Below, piece after piece: positions 49,027 to 58,674 of a stretch of DNA of 64,000 bases. This DNA comes from Alphaproteobacteria bacterium (GTDB taxonomy: Bacteria > Pseudomonadota > Alphaproteobacteria > CAAHEQ01 > UBA3637), in NCBI GenBank assembly GCA_017647405.1, contig JAGCKR010000060.1:12381-76380 (forward strand), given 5' to 3'. Every line of letters begins with the position of its first letter. Positions within the stretch are counted from its first letter, which is position 1. The position numbers and the translations under genes are program-made. The notes under the pieces were generated by a model. That model did not search any database, was not told the DNA's origin, and saw nothing but the letters and a program-made list of their open reading frames with translations.

Positions 49027-49509
49027 ATGGAAGAAAATAAACAAGAAGAACAAACAAATATTATTGAAGAGATGCGTATTGGCGAAATTTTGAAATTATT
49101 GCCACACCGCTATCCGTTTTTGCTTGTGGATCGTTTGAAAAACGTTGTGCCGGGTGAAAGTGGTATCGGTATTAAAAATGTGACAATGAATGAAGAATTT
49201 TTTCAAGGCCATTTCCCGGAAAATCCGGTGATGCCTGGTGTTCTTCAGATTGAAGCAATGGCTCAAACCGCCGGTATTATTGTTTTAACAGCTTTTCCTG
49301 AAGAAGAAAGAAGTGGTAACAGTGTTTACTTTATGACGGTTGATGAAGTAAAATTCCGCAAGCCGATTTTACCAGGTGATGTGATTGAATTTTACGTTAA
49401 AAAGGAACAGGCTGTTCGTAATGTATTTAAATTCCGTGGAGAAGCCAAAGTTGATGGGAAACTTGTTTCTCAAGCAACATTCAGTGCCATGGTTTTTAAA
49501 AAGGCATAA
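49027..49509 (+). CDS. fabZ: 3-hydroxyacyl-ACP dehydratase
   Basis: LPHRYPFLLVDR, FFQGHFP..PVMPGVL..EAMAQ. Confidence 0.98.
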   Translation: MEENKQEEQTNIIEEMRIGEILKLLPHRYPFLLVDRLKNVVPGESGIGIKNVTMNEEFFQGHFPENPVMPGVLQIEAMAQTAGIIVLTAFPEEERSGNSVYFMTVDEVKFRKPILPGDVIEFYVKKEQAVRNVFKFRGEAKVDGKLVSQATFSAMVFKKA

Positions 49510-49532
49510 AATTTATTACAAAGGAGTAAAAA

Positions 49533-49595
49533 ATGCGCCCGAAAAGAGAAATCCATTTAAAAGCAATTTCTCAAAAAGAGGCGCTTTTTTTATAA
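49533..49595 (+). other. putative uORF (MRPKREIHLKAISQKEALFL) overlapping a hairpin and U-tract
   Basis: AAAGGAG RBS; stems GCGCC/GGCGC and GAGAAAT/ATTTCTC followed by T7. Confidence 0.45.
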
Positions 49596-49629
49596 GCCAT
49601 TTATCAAAAAAGAATAAAGGAGTAAAAAT

Positions 49630-50427
49630 ATGGCGAAAATTCATCCAAGTGCGATTGTTCATCCAAATGCTAAATTAGCTGATGATGTTGAAGTCGGCCC
49701 ATTTTGTGTTGTGGGCGAGCATGTTGAAATCGGGGCTGGTTCAAAATTGATGTCTCATGTTGTGATTGATGGGGTTACCAAAATGGGAGAACGGAATACT
49801 GTTTATCCGTTTGCTGCGCTTGGATTATTGGCTCAACATAAACGTTCTAATGCTCCGGATGCTCAATTAATTATTGGTGATGATAACACATTCAGAGAGC
49901 ACGTGACAGCACATGTTGGTTCTGATGTGGATAATAAAATCACGATTATCGGAAGCAGAAACCTCTTTTTGGTTGCCTCTCATATTGCTCATGACTGTGT
50001 GTTAGGAGATGATATTGTTATGAGTAATAACGCCACATTGGCAGGGCATGTTCATGTTGGAAATAAAGCCATTATTGGTGGTTTGGCAGCTGTTTTGCAG
50101 TTCACCCGTATTGGGGAAGGCGCTATGATTGGGGGAATGTGTGGTGTGACAAAGGATATTATCCCTTATGGCCTTATGATGGGTGGAATTCGCCAAGGAT
50201 TGAGTGGATTGAATTTAATTGGCCTTCAAAGAGCAGGTGTTGAAAAGAAAGATATTTTAATGATGCAACAAGCTTATAAAACACTTTTTAACAAAGAAGA
50301 AGGAACATTGGTTGAGCGGATTCAAAAGGTGGAAGAAAATGAAACATGGATGCAAAATCCATTTATTAAGGCTCAAATAGAATTTGTTAAAAACCCATCA
50401 AAAAATAACATTTTACAACCTGATTGA
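49630..50427 (+). CDS. lpxA: UDP-N-acetylglucosamine O-acyltransferase
   Basis: IHPSAIV, HIAHDC, NNATLAGHV, hexapeptide repeats. Confidence 0.97.
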   Translation: MAKIHPSAIVHPNAKLADDVEVGPFCVVGEHVEIGAGSKLMSHVVIDGVTKMGERNTVYPFAALGLLAQHKRSNAPDAQLIIGDDNTFREHVTAHVGSDVDNKITIIGSRNLFLVASHIAHDCVLGDDIVMSNNATLAGHVHVGNKAIIGGLAAVLQFTRIGEGAMIGGMCGVTKDIIPYGLMMGGIRQGLSGLNLIGLQRAGVEKKDILMMQQAYKTLFNKEEGTLVERIQKVEENETWMQNPFIKAQIEFVKNPSKNNILQPD

Positions 50428-50443
50428 TGAAAGGTTCTTTCAA

Positions 50444-51370
50444 ATGAATTTTTCTGTTTGGATGAAAAAAAAATTAGTGATTGAAACAAAGAAAGAGGAA
50501 AAAAACGCTGTCGGAATTATTGCCGGCAGCGGTATGCTTCCTGTGATGTTGGCAAAATTCCTTAAAAAAGAAGGGCGAAATGTTTTTATCATTTCTTTAA
50601 AAGGACAGGCAAATAAAACACTTTTTCCTGCGGATATTCCTCTTAAAGAGGTTCGTTTGGGAGCTGTTGGGAAAACATTTCATTTACTTAAAAAAAATCA
50701 TGTTAAGGAAATAGTTTTTATTGGAGGGGTTAAGAGACCTTCTTTGAAAGAAGTTTATCCGGATTTGAAAGGTTTTTCTCTTTTAACCAAATTGTCACTT
50801 AAAGCATTGGGTGATGATGGTTTGCTTCGTTTGATTATTTCTGAGGTTGAGCAAGAAGGATTTGTTGTGAAAGGTATTCATGAACTGATGCCCGAAGTTT
50901 TGGTTCCAGCAGGTGTTTTAACTAATCGAAAACCAACGCAAGCAGATTTAGTTGATATTGAACGGGCCAGAGAAGTTGCAAAATTATTAGGGCAGGCAGA
51001 TGTTGGACAGGCGGTTATTGTTCAACAAGGGATGGTCTTATCTTTAGAAGGGATTGAAGGGACAAAAGAGCTGATTAAACGAACGAAGGCGTTAAAACGA
51101 AAAGGTGATGGGGGTGTTCTTTATAAAGCGGTGAAACCCAATCAGGAAAAACGTATTGATATGCCAACAATTGGTCCAGATACCGTTCAATCTGTTTATG
51201 ATGCTGGTTTTATCGGTATAGGTGTAGATGCCGGTAATGTGTTGCTGGCTGAACCGGAAAAAACGATTGAACTTGCAAATAAACTCAATATTTTTATTGT
51301 AGGAGTTACAGAAAGTGAACCAAAAACAATCTTGCAAAAATTTGTTACAAAAAACAAATCAAAAAAATAA
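50444..51370 (+). CDS. lpxI: UDP-2,3-diacylglucosamine diphosphatase LpxI
   Basis: GIIAGSGMLP, GDDGLL, DVGQAV, EGIEGT, KPNQ..RIDMPTIG; start uncertain. Confidence 0.93.
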   Translation: MNFSVWMKKKLVIETKKEEKNAVGIIAGSGMLPVMLAKFLKKEGRNVFIISLKGQANKTLFPADIPLKEVRLGAVGKTFHLLKKNHVKEIVFIGGVKRPSLKEVYPDLKGFSLLTKLSLKALGDDGLLRLIISEVEQEGFVVKGIHELMPEVLVPAGVLTNRKPTQADLVDIERAREVAKLLGQADVGQAVIVQQGMVLSLEGIEGTKELIKRTKALKRKGDGGVLYKAVKPNQEKRIDMPTIGPDTVQSVYDAGFIGIGVDAGNVLLAEPEKTIELANKLNIFIVGVTESEPKTILQKFVTKNKSKK

Positions 51371-51383
51371 AAAAGAAAATAAA

Positions 51384-52535
51384 ATGCCTGTTAAAATTTA
51401 TTTAATCGCGGGAGAGCCGTCTGGTGATTTATTGGGGGCTCGTGTGATGCGGTATTTGAAAAAGAAATATGAGAATCAGGTTTCTTTCTTTGGTATCGGA
51501 GGGGAAACAATGCAGGCAGAAGGACTTCATTCTTTATTTGATATTAAAGATTTGTCTGTTATGGGTTTTTTGGAAGTTGTTCCAAGTATACCTCTTATTT
51601 TGAAAAGATTGAATGAAACAATTAAAGATATTTTAAAAGTCAATCCAGATATTGTGATGACGATTGATAGTTTCAGTTATTCAGCCAGAGTTCATAAGCG
51701 TCTTAAAAAAATTAATTTTTCGGCACCGCATGTTCATTGTGTCGCGCCACAAGTTTGGGCTTGGAAGAAAAAAAGGGCAAAAAAAGTCAGTCAATATATG
51801 GATCATTTGTTTTGTCTTCTTCCTTATGAAGAAAAATATTTTACGCCTCATGGGATGAAAACAAGTTTTATCGGACATCCGGTGATTGAAGGTGGTGCAG
51901 ATAAGGGAAATGGTGCGGCATTTAGAAAAGAATATAGTATTAAAAAGGATGATTTTGTTTTATGCATGCTTCCGGGTAGCCGTAAAAATGAAGTGGCTTT
52001 TTTGATGGAAGAATTTATGAAAGCTGCTGAAGAGTTATATCTTGAAAATAAGAATATGGTTGTTGTTATCCCGACTGTGGCAACAGTTGAAAACACATTA
52101 AAAAACCTTTTAAAAGGATGGAAAGTGCCTTATGTGATGGTTATGGGCGAGAAGAACAGATATGAAGCATTTGCAGCTTCAGATGCTTCTATTGCTGCAT
52201 CCGGTACGGTGAGTTTAGAACTTGCGTTGGCAGGCGTTCCTCATTTAATTGCTTATCGCGTAAGTAAATTAACTGGAATGATTGCAAAAAAACTTTTAAA
52301 AATCAAGTATGTGAACTTGATTAACATTCTTGCGGATCAAGAAATTGTTCCGGAACTTTTGCAGGAAAAATGTACGTCCCAAAATATTGTTGCGACATTA
52401 AAAAAACTGTTATCAGGGGATAAACAAAATTTTTCCATTAGTTTAAATCAATTGGGGCAAAATCAAAAATTATCTCCTTCTGAAAAAATGGGCGAAGAAT
52501 TGATTTCATTGGCTTTACAAAATAAAAGGAAATAA
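51384..52535 (+). CDS. lpxB: lipid-A-disaccharide synthase
   Basis: IAGEPSGDLLG, PQVWAW, GHP, LPGSR, SGTVSLE. Confidence 0.97.
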   Translation: MPVKIYLIAGEPSGDLLGARVMRYLKKKYENQVSFFGIGGETMQAEGLHSLFDIKDLSVMGFLEVVPSIPLILKRLNETIKDILKVNPDIVMTIDSFSYSARVHKRLKKINFSAPHVHCVAPQVWAWKKKRAKKVSQYMDHLFCLLPYEEKYFTPHGMKTSFIGHPVIEGGADKGNGAAFRKEYSIKKDDFVLCMLPGSRKNEVAFLMEEFMKAAEELYLENKNMVVVIPTVATVENTLKNLLKGWKVPYVMVMGEKNRYEAFAASDASIAASGTVSLELALAGVPHLIAYRVSKLTGMIAKKLLKIKYVNLINILADQEIVPELLQEKCTSQNIVATLKKLLSGDKQNFSISLNQLGQNQKLSPSEKMGEELISLALQNKRK

Positions 52536-52537
52536 GA

Positions 52538-54283
52538 ATGTTAGAAAAAATTCGAGCACCACAAGATATTAAGTCTTTTTCGATGACTGAGTTGGAACTT
52601 CTTTCAGAGGAAATCAGAGAAGCTATTTTAAATAGGGTGAGTCAAATTGGTGGTCATGTTGGTCCGAATTTGGGTGTTGTTGAATTAGTTATGGCGCTTC
52701 ACTATGTTTTTGACTCACCGGTTGATAAAATTGTTTTTGATGTATCCCATCAGTGCTATACGCATAAAATTTTAACTGGGCGTAAGGAGGGATTTTTAGA
52801 TGAAGCTGTTTTTTCATCTGTTTCTGGGTATACTGCTCCACAAGAAAGTCCCCATGATCATTTTGTTGTGGGGCATACGTCAACCTCTCTGAGTTTGGCA
52901 ACGGGATTGGCTAAAGCAAGAGATTTGAAAAAAGAAAATCACAATGTGATAGCCGTTATTGGTGATGGATCCCTTGGGGGAGGGGAGGCTTTGGAAGGTC
53001 TTAATTTCGCAGGAGAGATGAATTCAAATTTGATTATTGTTGTCAATGATAATGAACTTTCTATTGCGCCAAATCATGGCGGTTTATATCAAAATTTAAA
53101 AGAATTGCGTGAAAGTAATGGAACTTGTTCAAACAATTTTTTTAAAGCGATGGGCCTTGAGTATGTTTATATTGAAGAAGGTAATGATTTAGCATCATTA
53201 ATTAATATATTTAATGATGTTAAAAATAGCCAAAAACCAATAGTTGTTCATGTGCATACGGATAAGGGGCATGGATATTCATTTGCCGAATCTGAAAAAG
53301 AAAAATGGCATTATAATATGCCGTTTGATATTAAAACAGGCGAATCAATGTTTAAATTTGATGATGAAAACTATAATCAGATTACCATTGATTATCTTTC
53401 AAATAAAATTAAAGCTGATGAAAGGGTTGTTGTTGTAAATGCCGGAACGCCTGGCGCTATTGGATTTACTCCTCAAATAAGAGATGAATTTAAGGAAAGA
53501 TTTATAGATGTTGGTATTATGGAAGAGCATGCTGTTGCCATGTCTTCTGCATTAGCAAAAGAGGGATGTAAACCCATTTTTTGGGTTTTAAGCTCTTTTG
53601 TTCAGCGCACGTATGATCAATTATCGCATGATCTGGCTTTAAATAAGAATCCGGCGGTTATTTTGGTTTCATGGGGTGGGATTGGTTCAAATGATGCAAC
53701 GCATTTGGGGATTTTTGATATGTCTATGATGTCAAATATTCCAAATTTATTATGTTTGGCTCCAGCTTCTAAAGAAGAATATTTAAAAGTTCTTGATTGG
53801 GCAGTTGATCAAACGGATGGGCCGGTTGTTATTCGTGTTCCAAATAAAGTTGTTTCGGATGTAAAACTATCTGAAAACACTGTTTTTTCAAAGCCGCATT
53901 TTAATATTATTCAAAAGGGGAGTGGGGTTGCGCTCATTGGTCTTGGTTCATCTTATTGGACTGCAAAAGAAGTTGCTGGATTATTGGCTGAAAAATCAAT
54001 AAAAGCAACGCTTATTAATCCGCTTTGTTATTCGCAAGTGGATGAAAAAACATTGTTATCACTTGAAAAAGATCATGAAATAGTTGTGACCATTGAAGAT
54101 GGGATTATTTCAGGCGGATTGGGTCAAAAAATAGCATCCTTTTTAGGGTCAACAGATTTAAAAGTTTTAAATTATGGGGCTAAAAAAGAATTTACTGACA
54201 GAGCGGATGTTAAAAAACTGTTTGAAACATATCATTTAACACCTGAGAAAATTGTTGAAGATATTTCTTTGATGCTTAATTAA
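52538..54283 (+). CDS. dxs: 1-deoxy-D-xylulose-5-phosphate synthase
   Basis: GGHVGPNLGVVEL, FDVSHQCY.HK, GDGS..GG.ALEG, NDN, DVGI.EEHA. Confidence 0.93.
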   Translation: MLEKIRAPQDIKSFSMTELELLSEEIREAILNRVSQIGGHVGPNLGVVELVMALHYVFDSPVDKIVFDVSHQCYTHKILTGRKEGFLDEAVFSSVSGYTAPQESPHDHFVVGHTSTSLSLATGLAKARDLKKENHNVIAVIGDGSLGGGEALEGLNFAGEMNSNLIIVVNDNELSIAPNHGGLYQNLKELRESNGTCSNNFFKAMGLEYVYIEEGNDLASLINIFNDVKNSQKPIVVHVHTDKGHGYSFAESEKEKWHYNMPFDIKTGESMFKFDDENYNQITIDYLSNKIKADERVVVVNAGTPGAIGFTPQIRDEFKERFIDVGIMEEHAVAMSSALAKEGCKPIFWVLSSFVQRTYDQLSHDLALNKNPAVILVSWGGIGSNDATHLGIFDMSMMSNIPNLLCLAPASKEEYLKVLDWAVDQTDGPVVIRVPNKVVSDVKLSENTVFSKPHFNIIQKGSGVALIGLGSSYWTAKEVAGLLAEKSIKATLINPLCYSQVDEKTLLSLEKDHEIVVTIEDGIISGGLGQKIASFLGSTDLKVLNYGAKKEFTDRADVKKLFETYHLTPEKIVEDISLMLN

Positions 54284-54413
54284 AGAGCTATTCTTCGCAA
54301 GGATAAAAAGGGGATATTGTTTCAGAAAGAGTATTTTGTCATTTTTTTACTTTATTTTTTAATAAAAAAGATGTATGATTTATAAATCTTCATTTTTTTT
54401 GTAAGGTGTAATT

Positions 54414-57400
54414 GTGAGTAAAGATAAAAATCCATTCAATTCTGATAATCCTTTTGATGAATTAAAGCAAAAAGCAAAAGCTGATACATTGAAACGCCAA
54501 GATAATATTTCAATGATTATTCGGGAAATGGGGCTTCGTGAGAAATTAAAGGAAAAACTTGAAGAGGGCGGTATTTTTCTTGCCGGTCTTTCCGGGTTAA
54601 AAGAAATTGATATTCTTTATTTAATTGGTGCTTGTTCAAAAGAAGAGCGGTTAAAATATATTTATTATGAAAAAAAATATAGGCTTAAGAAAAAGGAATT
54701 GATAGATGGGTTTTCTATTTCTATTAATGGGATAACACAAAAAATTGAATTTCCGGATTTTGAAATAAATCCTATTTTTAAATCGGAAGACCTGTTATAT
54801 GAAGATGTTGCAAGTTATGCAGAAAATTTTGGGGTTTCTTTTGATATCACGCATGAAAATCTTTTGCTTGCTAAAGAGATAAAGCGAACGGCTTTTGCAT
54901 TTGAAATGCTGAAAACGAATATTCATGAGTTGAAATTCCCATATGAAGATGGTCTTGATTTTTCAAATTGGTATGATAAAACAAGTTACGAAGAATCAGA
55001 AATTAAAATTTTGCAAAATTTGATTTGTTTATTAAATACCTTAAAAATTGAAGATGAAGAAGCTAAATCATTTTTGAACTTATTGATTTATTTAAGATTA
55101 TTCTCTCATGCAAAAGACCTTTATATGCGTTCAGAGAAAAAGGATACTGCAGTTTTTGATTCTCTTCGGATGAAGTATACATCTGAGTTTTTTTTCAGTT
55201 TAATTCCTCAACAGCTTGATTTTTCGCCGGATGAAAAATTTATTTTTCTTTATATGGCGATTCAAAAAACAAAGGATGCATTAAAAAAATATCATGATAA
55301 GGAAACGGTTGATTTTCTTTTGAAATGGTTAGAGTTTGGCGTGAAGAAATTTGAAGAAAATGTTCCAGATAATTTTAAAGAGCTAAAAATTTTATTGCCA
55401 CAGGAACTTTTAAATACCTCTTTTTATCTAAAAAAGCAAGAAGGGGAGAACTTAGATCTTTTAAATATTCAAGAAGAGGAACCACAATTAATAAAATCAA
55501 GTTCATTATTTGAACAGGTGAATCAAAAACTTGATGAAAAAATGCTTGAATATGATGAAGGGCAACGGGAAATGTGGAAAAATGAAATGGAGTTATTGCC
55601 GCCTTCGTTTCATGTGATTTATAAATTAGCTCATTTGCCGGATGTTTATTTCTTTTATGCTTTGGGAATTATTGATGAAGATGATTTGGATGTTTTAACA
55701 CAAAAAATAAAAGATGATTTTTCAAAAAATTCTCTTGTGGCTATAGATAAGTGGGTTGAAGAATTTATTTCGCATATAGACGGCAATAATCCGGAAATAA
55801 TGGAAAAATATGCCGGTTTGAAAGCTGATATAAAAGATAATCAATTAAGTGAGCGGGAGCTTATAAAATTTCTTGAGGAAATTGGTTTTGAGTCAACAAA
55901 AATCAGCGATCTTTTACCTTCAACAAAAGAGGCATTATCATCTCTTTTGCAAGAAGATTTTGACACACATATTCCATTAGCTCTTAAATTTAAAAAAGAT
56001 ATTTTTAAGTTAGCACGTAATTTTAAAGATTTGGCGGCATTTTTAACGGAAAAAATAATAGGGGTGAATACTTTTTCATTGGATTTAAATTTGTCACTTG
56101 AAAAATGCACTGAAGCAGATAATGAAGATTTAACTAAAATCGCCAGATTAATGATTTGTGGAGATATTTTGGATGCTGTTCAAGGAACGGTTCGTCCACT
56201 TAAACAAAATGATGAGGCTTATACGATTATTAACAATTTGATTGCCGGTTATTATTCTTTGACGCTCCAAAAAATATTAGCACTTGCTGATGAAGATAAA
56301 CAACCACAGCAAGCTCAAAGAATACAGGAACTTTTTGGTTTTTATGATGTTTTTAACATAAATCTTTCAATTCTTTCTTCCGAAAAAGAAAAGTTGCCGT
56401 TTTTAATTGCATTAATGAAGTTGAATTTGAAAAGCTTTTCAAATTCAAAAGCAACGCAAGCCTATTACTTAGATTGGTTTGATTATGTTCTTGATTTTTC
56501 AAAAGAAGAAAAAGAAGAGTTAAACGCAGTAGAAGTTTCTTTGCCGAAATATCGCAAAAATCTGAAGTTGGATGATTCAATGAATTTTTCGGAGCAGAAG
56601 CGTTTTTTAAATGATCTGGCTAATTATTATTTTACCGAGAATGATCAAAAAGCTAATCATTATGATAAACGGGTAGCCTTTGGTTTAGCCCCAGATGTTG
56701 ATTTATTGTATGCGATGGGAATATTTTCTCCTTTTGAATATGATAAACTGGGTGATAAAAACCATGAGATGGTTGTGAAAAGACAGGAAAGGGTGCCATT
56801 TTTTGATGTGTGGACGGCTGTACGAGAAGAAAGTCCTGGCTTAAAATTACCTTTGATGAAAGAGGTTTTTGATGTGATGAAGCAAATTCAATTAGCAGGG
56901 CGCTTGTTGGATTATAGTTATAATTATGAAAATCTTTTGTATTCAGGATTAAATTATGACAAACAGGAACCTGAAACAACTGTTTTTGATTTTAATAAAA
57001 AACCCTTAAAGGCTGAAGGAAAGATGCTTGATTCAATCTTGATGATGATGAAGGATTTAAAGGAATATAATTTGGAAGAATCAAGTGCGTTGAGAAAAAT
57101 TTTAAACTCCTATTGGAAAGAAAGTGTTCAAGGATTAAATAGTTTAGCTTTGATGGTTAAAAAACAGTATCCGGAAATGGAAAAAAGAATTATGGAGCAA
57201 AGAGGTATTTTCGGAATAAAACCGGTTGAAAAACAAGAAACAATTTCAACAAGGTTTAAATATTATCCAAAGCTTTTTATGTTAATGCGTCAAACATTGG
57301 AAAAGGAATATAAATATCGTGGTGGATTAACAAGAATGCAGAATTTTTTTGAAAAAGAAATTAAGAGCTTTGTTGATTTTTACGGAAAACGATCACCGAT

Positions 57401-57440
57401 TTTAAAAAGTTTTATTTATAATTCAAGGCAAAGAGAGTAG
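54414..57440 (+). CDS. large hypothetical helical protein with three degenerate repeats
   Basis: 1008-aa ORF without signal peptide; recurring L..(D/E)(V/I)..(L/F)Y.(L/I/M)G motif. Confidence 0.75.
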   Translation: MSKDKNPFNSDNPFDELKQKAKADTLKRQDNISMIIREMGLREKLKEKLEEGGIFLAGLSGLKEIDILYLIGACSKEERLKYIYYEKKYRLKKKELIDGFSISINGITQKIEFPDFEINPIFKSEDLLYEDVASYAENFGVSFDITHENLLLAKEIKRTAFAFEMLKTNIHELKFPYEDGLDFSNWYDKTSYEESEIKILQNLICLLNTLKIEDEEAKSFLNLLIYLRLFSHAKDLYMRSEKKDTAVFDSLRMKYTSEFFFSLIPQQLDFSPDEKFIFLYMAIQKTKDALKKYHDKETVDFLLKWLEFGVKKFEENVPDNFKELKILLPQELLNTSFYLKKQEGENLDLLNIQEEEPQLIKSSSLFEQVNQKLDEKMLEYDEGQREMWKNEMELLPPSFHVIYKLAHLPDVYFFYALGIIDEDDLDVLTQKIKDDFSKNSLVAIDKWVEEFISHIDGNNPEIMEKYAGLKADIKDNQLSERELIKFLEEIGFESTKISDLLPSTKEALSSLLQEDFDTHIPLALKFKKDIFKLARNFKDLAAFLTEKIIGVNTFSLDLNLSLEKCTEADNEDLTKIARLMICGDILDAVQGTVRPLKQNDEAYTIINNLIAGYYSLTLQKILALADEDKQPQQAQRIQELFGFYDVFNINLSILSSEKEKLPFLIALMKLNLKSFSNSKATQAYYLDWFDYVLDFSKEEKEELNAVEVSLPKYRKNLKLDDSMNFSEQKRFLNDLANYYFTENDQKANHYDKRVAFGLAPDVDLLYAMGIFSPFEYDKLGDKNHEMVVKRQERVPFFDVWTAVREESPGLKLPLMKEVFDVMKQIQLAGRLLDYSYNYENLLYSGLNYDKQEPETTVFDFNKKPLKAEGKMLDSILMMMKDLKEYNLEESSALRKILNSYWKESVQGLNSLALMVKKQYPEMEKRIMEQRGIFGIKPVEKQETISTRFKYYPKLFMLMRQTLEKEYKYRGGLTRMQNFFEKEIKSFVDFYGKRSPILKSFIYNSRQRE

Positions 57441-57530
57441 GGGATTTTTATTCATGAAAGAAAAATTAAAAAAAATGGATTTTTTCCTTGACAAATGATT
57501 TTATTTTTTATAAACTATCGCTATTCGCAT

Positions 57531-57608
57531 GGCGAATGTAGCTCAGTTGGTTAGAGCGCTGGTTTGTGGTACCAGATGTCGTGGGTTCGAGTCCCATCTT
57601 TCGCCCCA
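57531..57608 (+). tRNA. tRNA-His(GTG)
   Basis: Anticodon arm CTGGT-TTGTGGT-ACCAG; genomic G-1 and C73; CCA encoded. Confidence 0.96.
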
Positions 57609-57614
57609 TTTTAT

Positions 57615-57642
57615 AAAACGGCCCGAAAGGGTCGTTTTTTTT
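57615..57642 (+). terminator. intrinsic terminator after tRNA-His
   Basis: AAAACGGCCC-GAAA-GGGTCGTTTTTTTT. Confidence 0.85.
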
Positions 57643-57665
57643 ATGTATTAGTTTTTAATGTCTAA

Positions 57666-58535
57666 CTACATAAGTTTGTTTGCAATCAATCCAATACAAA
57701 ATGAAATTAAAGCAACACTTAAACTAATTGATGCCATTTCAAAAAATTTTCTTTTAATGGATTCAGATTTTATAATGGATATATAAGAGCTAAAAATAAA
57801 GATTAAAAAGATAACGATGAATAGCATCAAAATTAAAGCTGGTAAAAACATTTCTTTGGGAAGTAGAAGATAAGGGATTGTTAGAAAAATAACAGTGATT
57901 AAATATGCGATTCCTGTATAAAATGAGGCAACGAGCGCTTTTTTATTGCCGTTTGCTTTTTCGGCCAAGTAATTTGAGGAGGCCATTGAAAGTGTTGCGG
58001 CAATTCCTGTGATTAGTCCTGTTAAAGCGATAAGTTTTGTATCTCTTAAAACAAAGGTGAGACCTGCTAAAGTACCTGACAGCTCAACAAGAGCATCATT
58101 AAGACCCAAAACCATTGCACCGATATAGTTGAGTCGTTCTTCATTCAGCATATTGATGAGATCTTTTTCATGGGCCTCTTCTTGGGAAATAATATGTTCA
58201 ACCTCCGGGTATTTGTTTTTTAACTCTTGAAGGCTGTGAACGGCTTTATATTCGTTTGTTTCAAGTAGTTTAATCACAAATGTATATCCCAGAAGATAGC
58301 TGATTAAAAGGTAAAAAAATACTTTAAAAAAATTCGGGAAAGGATTTTTTTGAGTATAGTGTTGCCAAATAAAGGCATGAGCGATTTCTTCTTGGGCAAT
58401 GCGTAGCAAGATTTTTTTGTTTTCCTTATCTTTGGTGCGTTTGGCAATTTTAAAATAAAGCAGGGCACTTGTGATTTCATCTGTTTGAAATTTTGTTAAA
58501 AGTTTTAATTCTTGTTTTGATAGTTTTTGATTCAT
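57666..58535 (-). CDS. rubrerythrin-like domain fused to VIT1/CCC1 transporter
   Basis: EEIAH and EEAHE di-iron motifs; MVLGLNDALVE, LSMASSNYL. Confidence 0.9.
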   Translation of the reverse strand: MNQKLSKQELKLLTKFQTDEITSALLYFKIAKRTKDKENKKILLRIAQEEIAHAFIWQHYTQKNPFPNFFKVFFYLLISYLLGYTFVIKLLETNEYKAVHSLQELKNKYPEVEHIISQEEAHEKDLINMLNEERLNYIGAMVLGLNDALVELSGTLAGLTFVLRDTKLIALTGLITGIAATLSMASSNYLAEKANGNKKALVASFYTGIAYLITVIFLTIPYLLLPKEMFLPALILMLFIVIFLIFIFSSYISIIKSESIKRKFFEMASISLSVALISFCIGLIANKLM

Positions 58536-58674
58536 GAAAATCTCCTCAAAAGAATAAATGAAGGTTGTGATTATTGAATTTCAAGATTTTTTTTGTTTTT
58601 TTATTTGGAATTATATTGATTTTTCATAATGTTATATGCTATTCTTATTTTTAGTGTTTAAGGAGGATAAATTA

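Noticed and set aside
49385-49678. 97-aa ORF spanning the fabZ-lpxA gap
   Set aside because: Overlaps both genes out of frame, TTG start, no RBS
57454-57498. Tiny ORF MKEKLKKMDFFLDK before tRNA-His
   Set aside because: Overlaps the TTGACA -35 of the tRNA promoter; A/T-tract artefact
58616-58647. Canonical dif/pdif (XerCD) site reading of the CATAA...TATG dyad
   Set aside because: Dyad is 2 bp shorter than CATAA-N6-TTATG and the arms match poorly; kept only as an unexplained shared module
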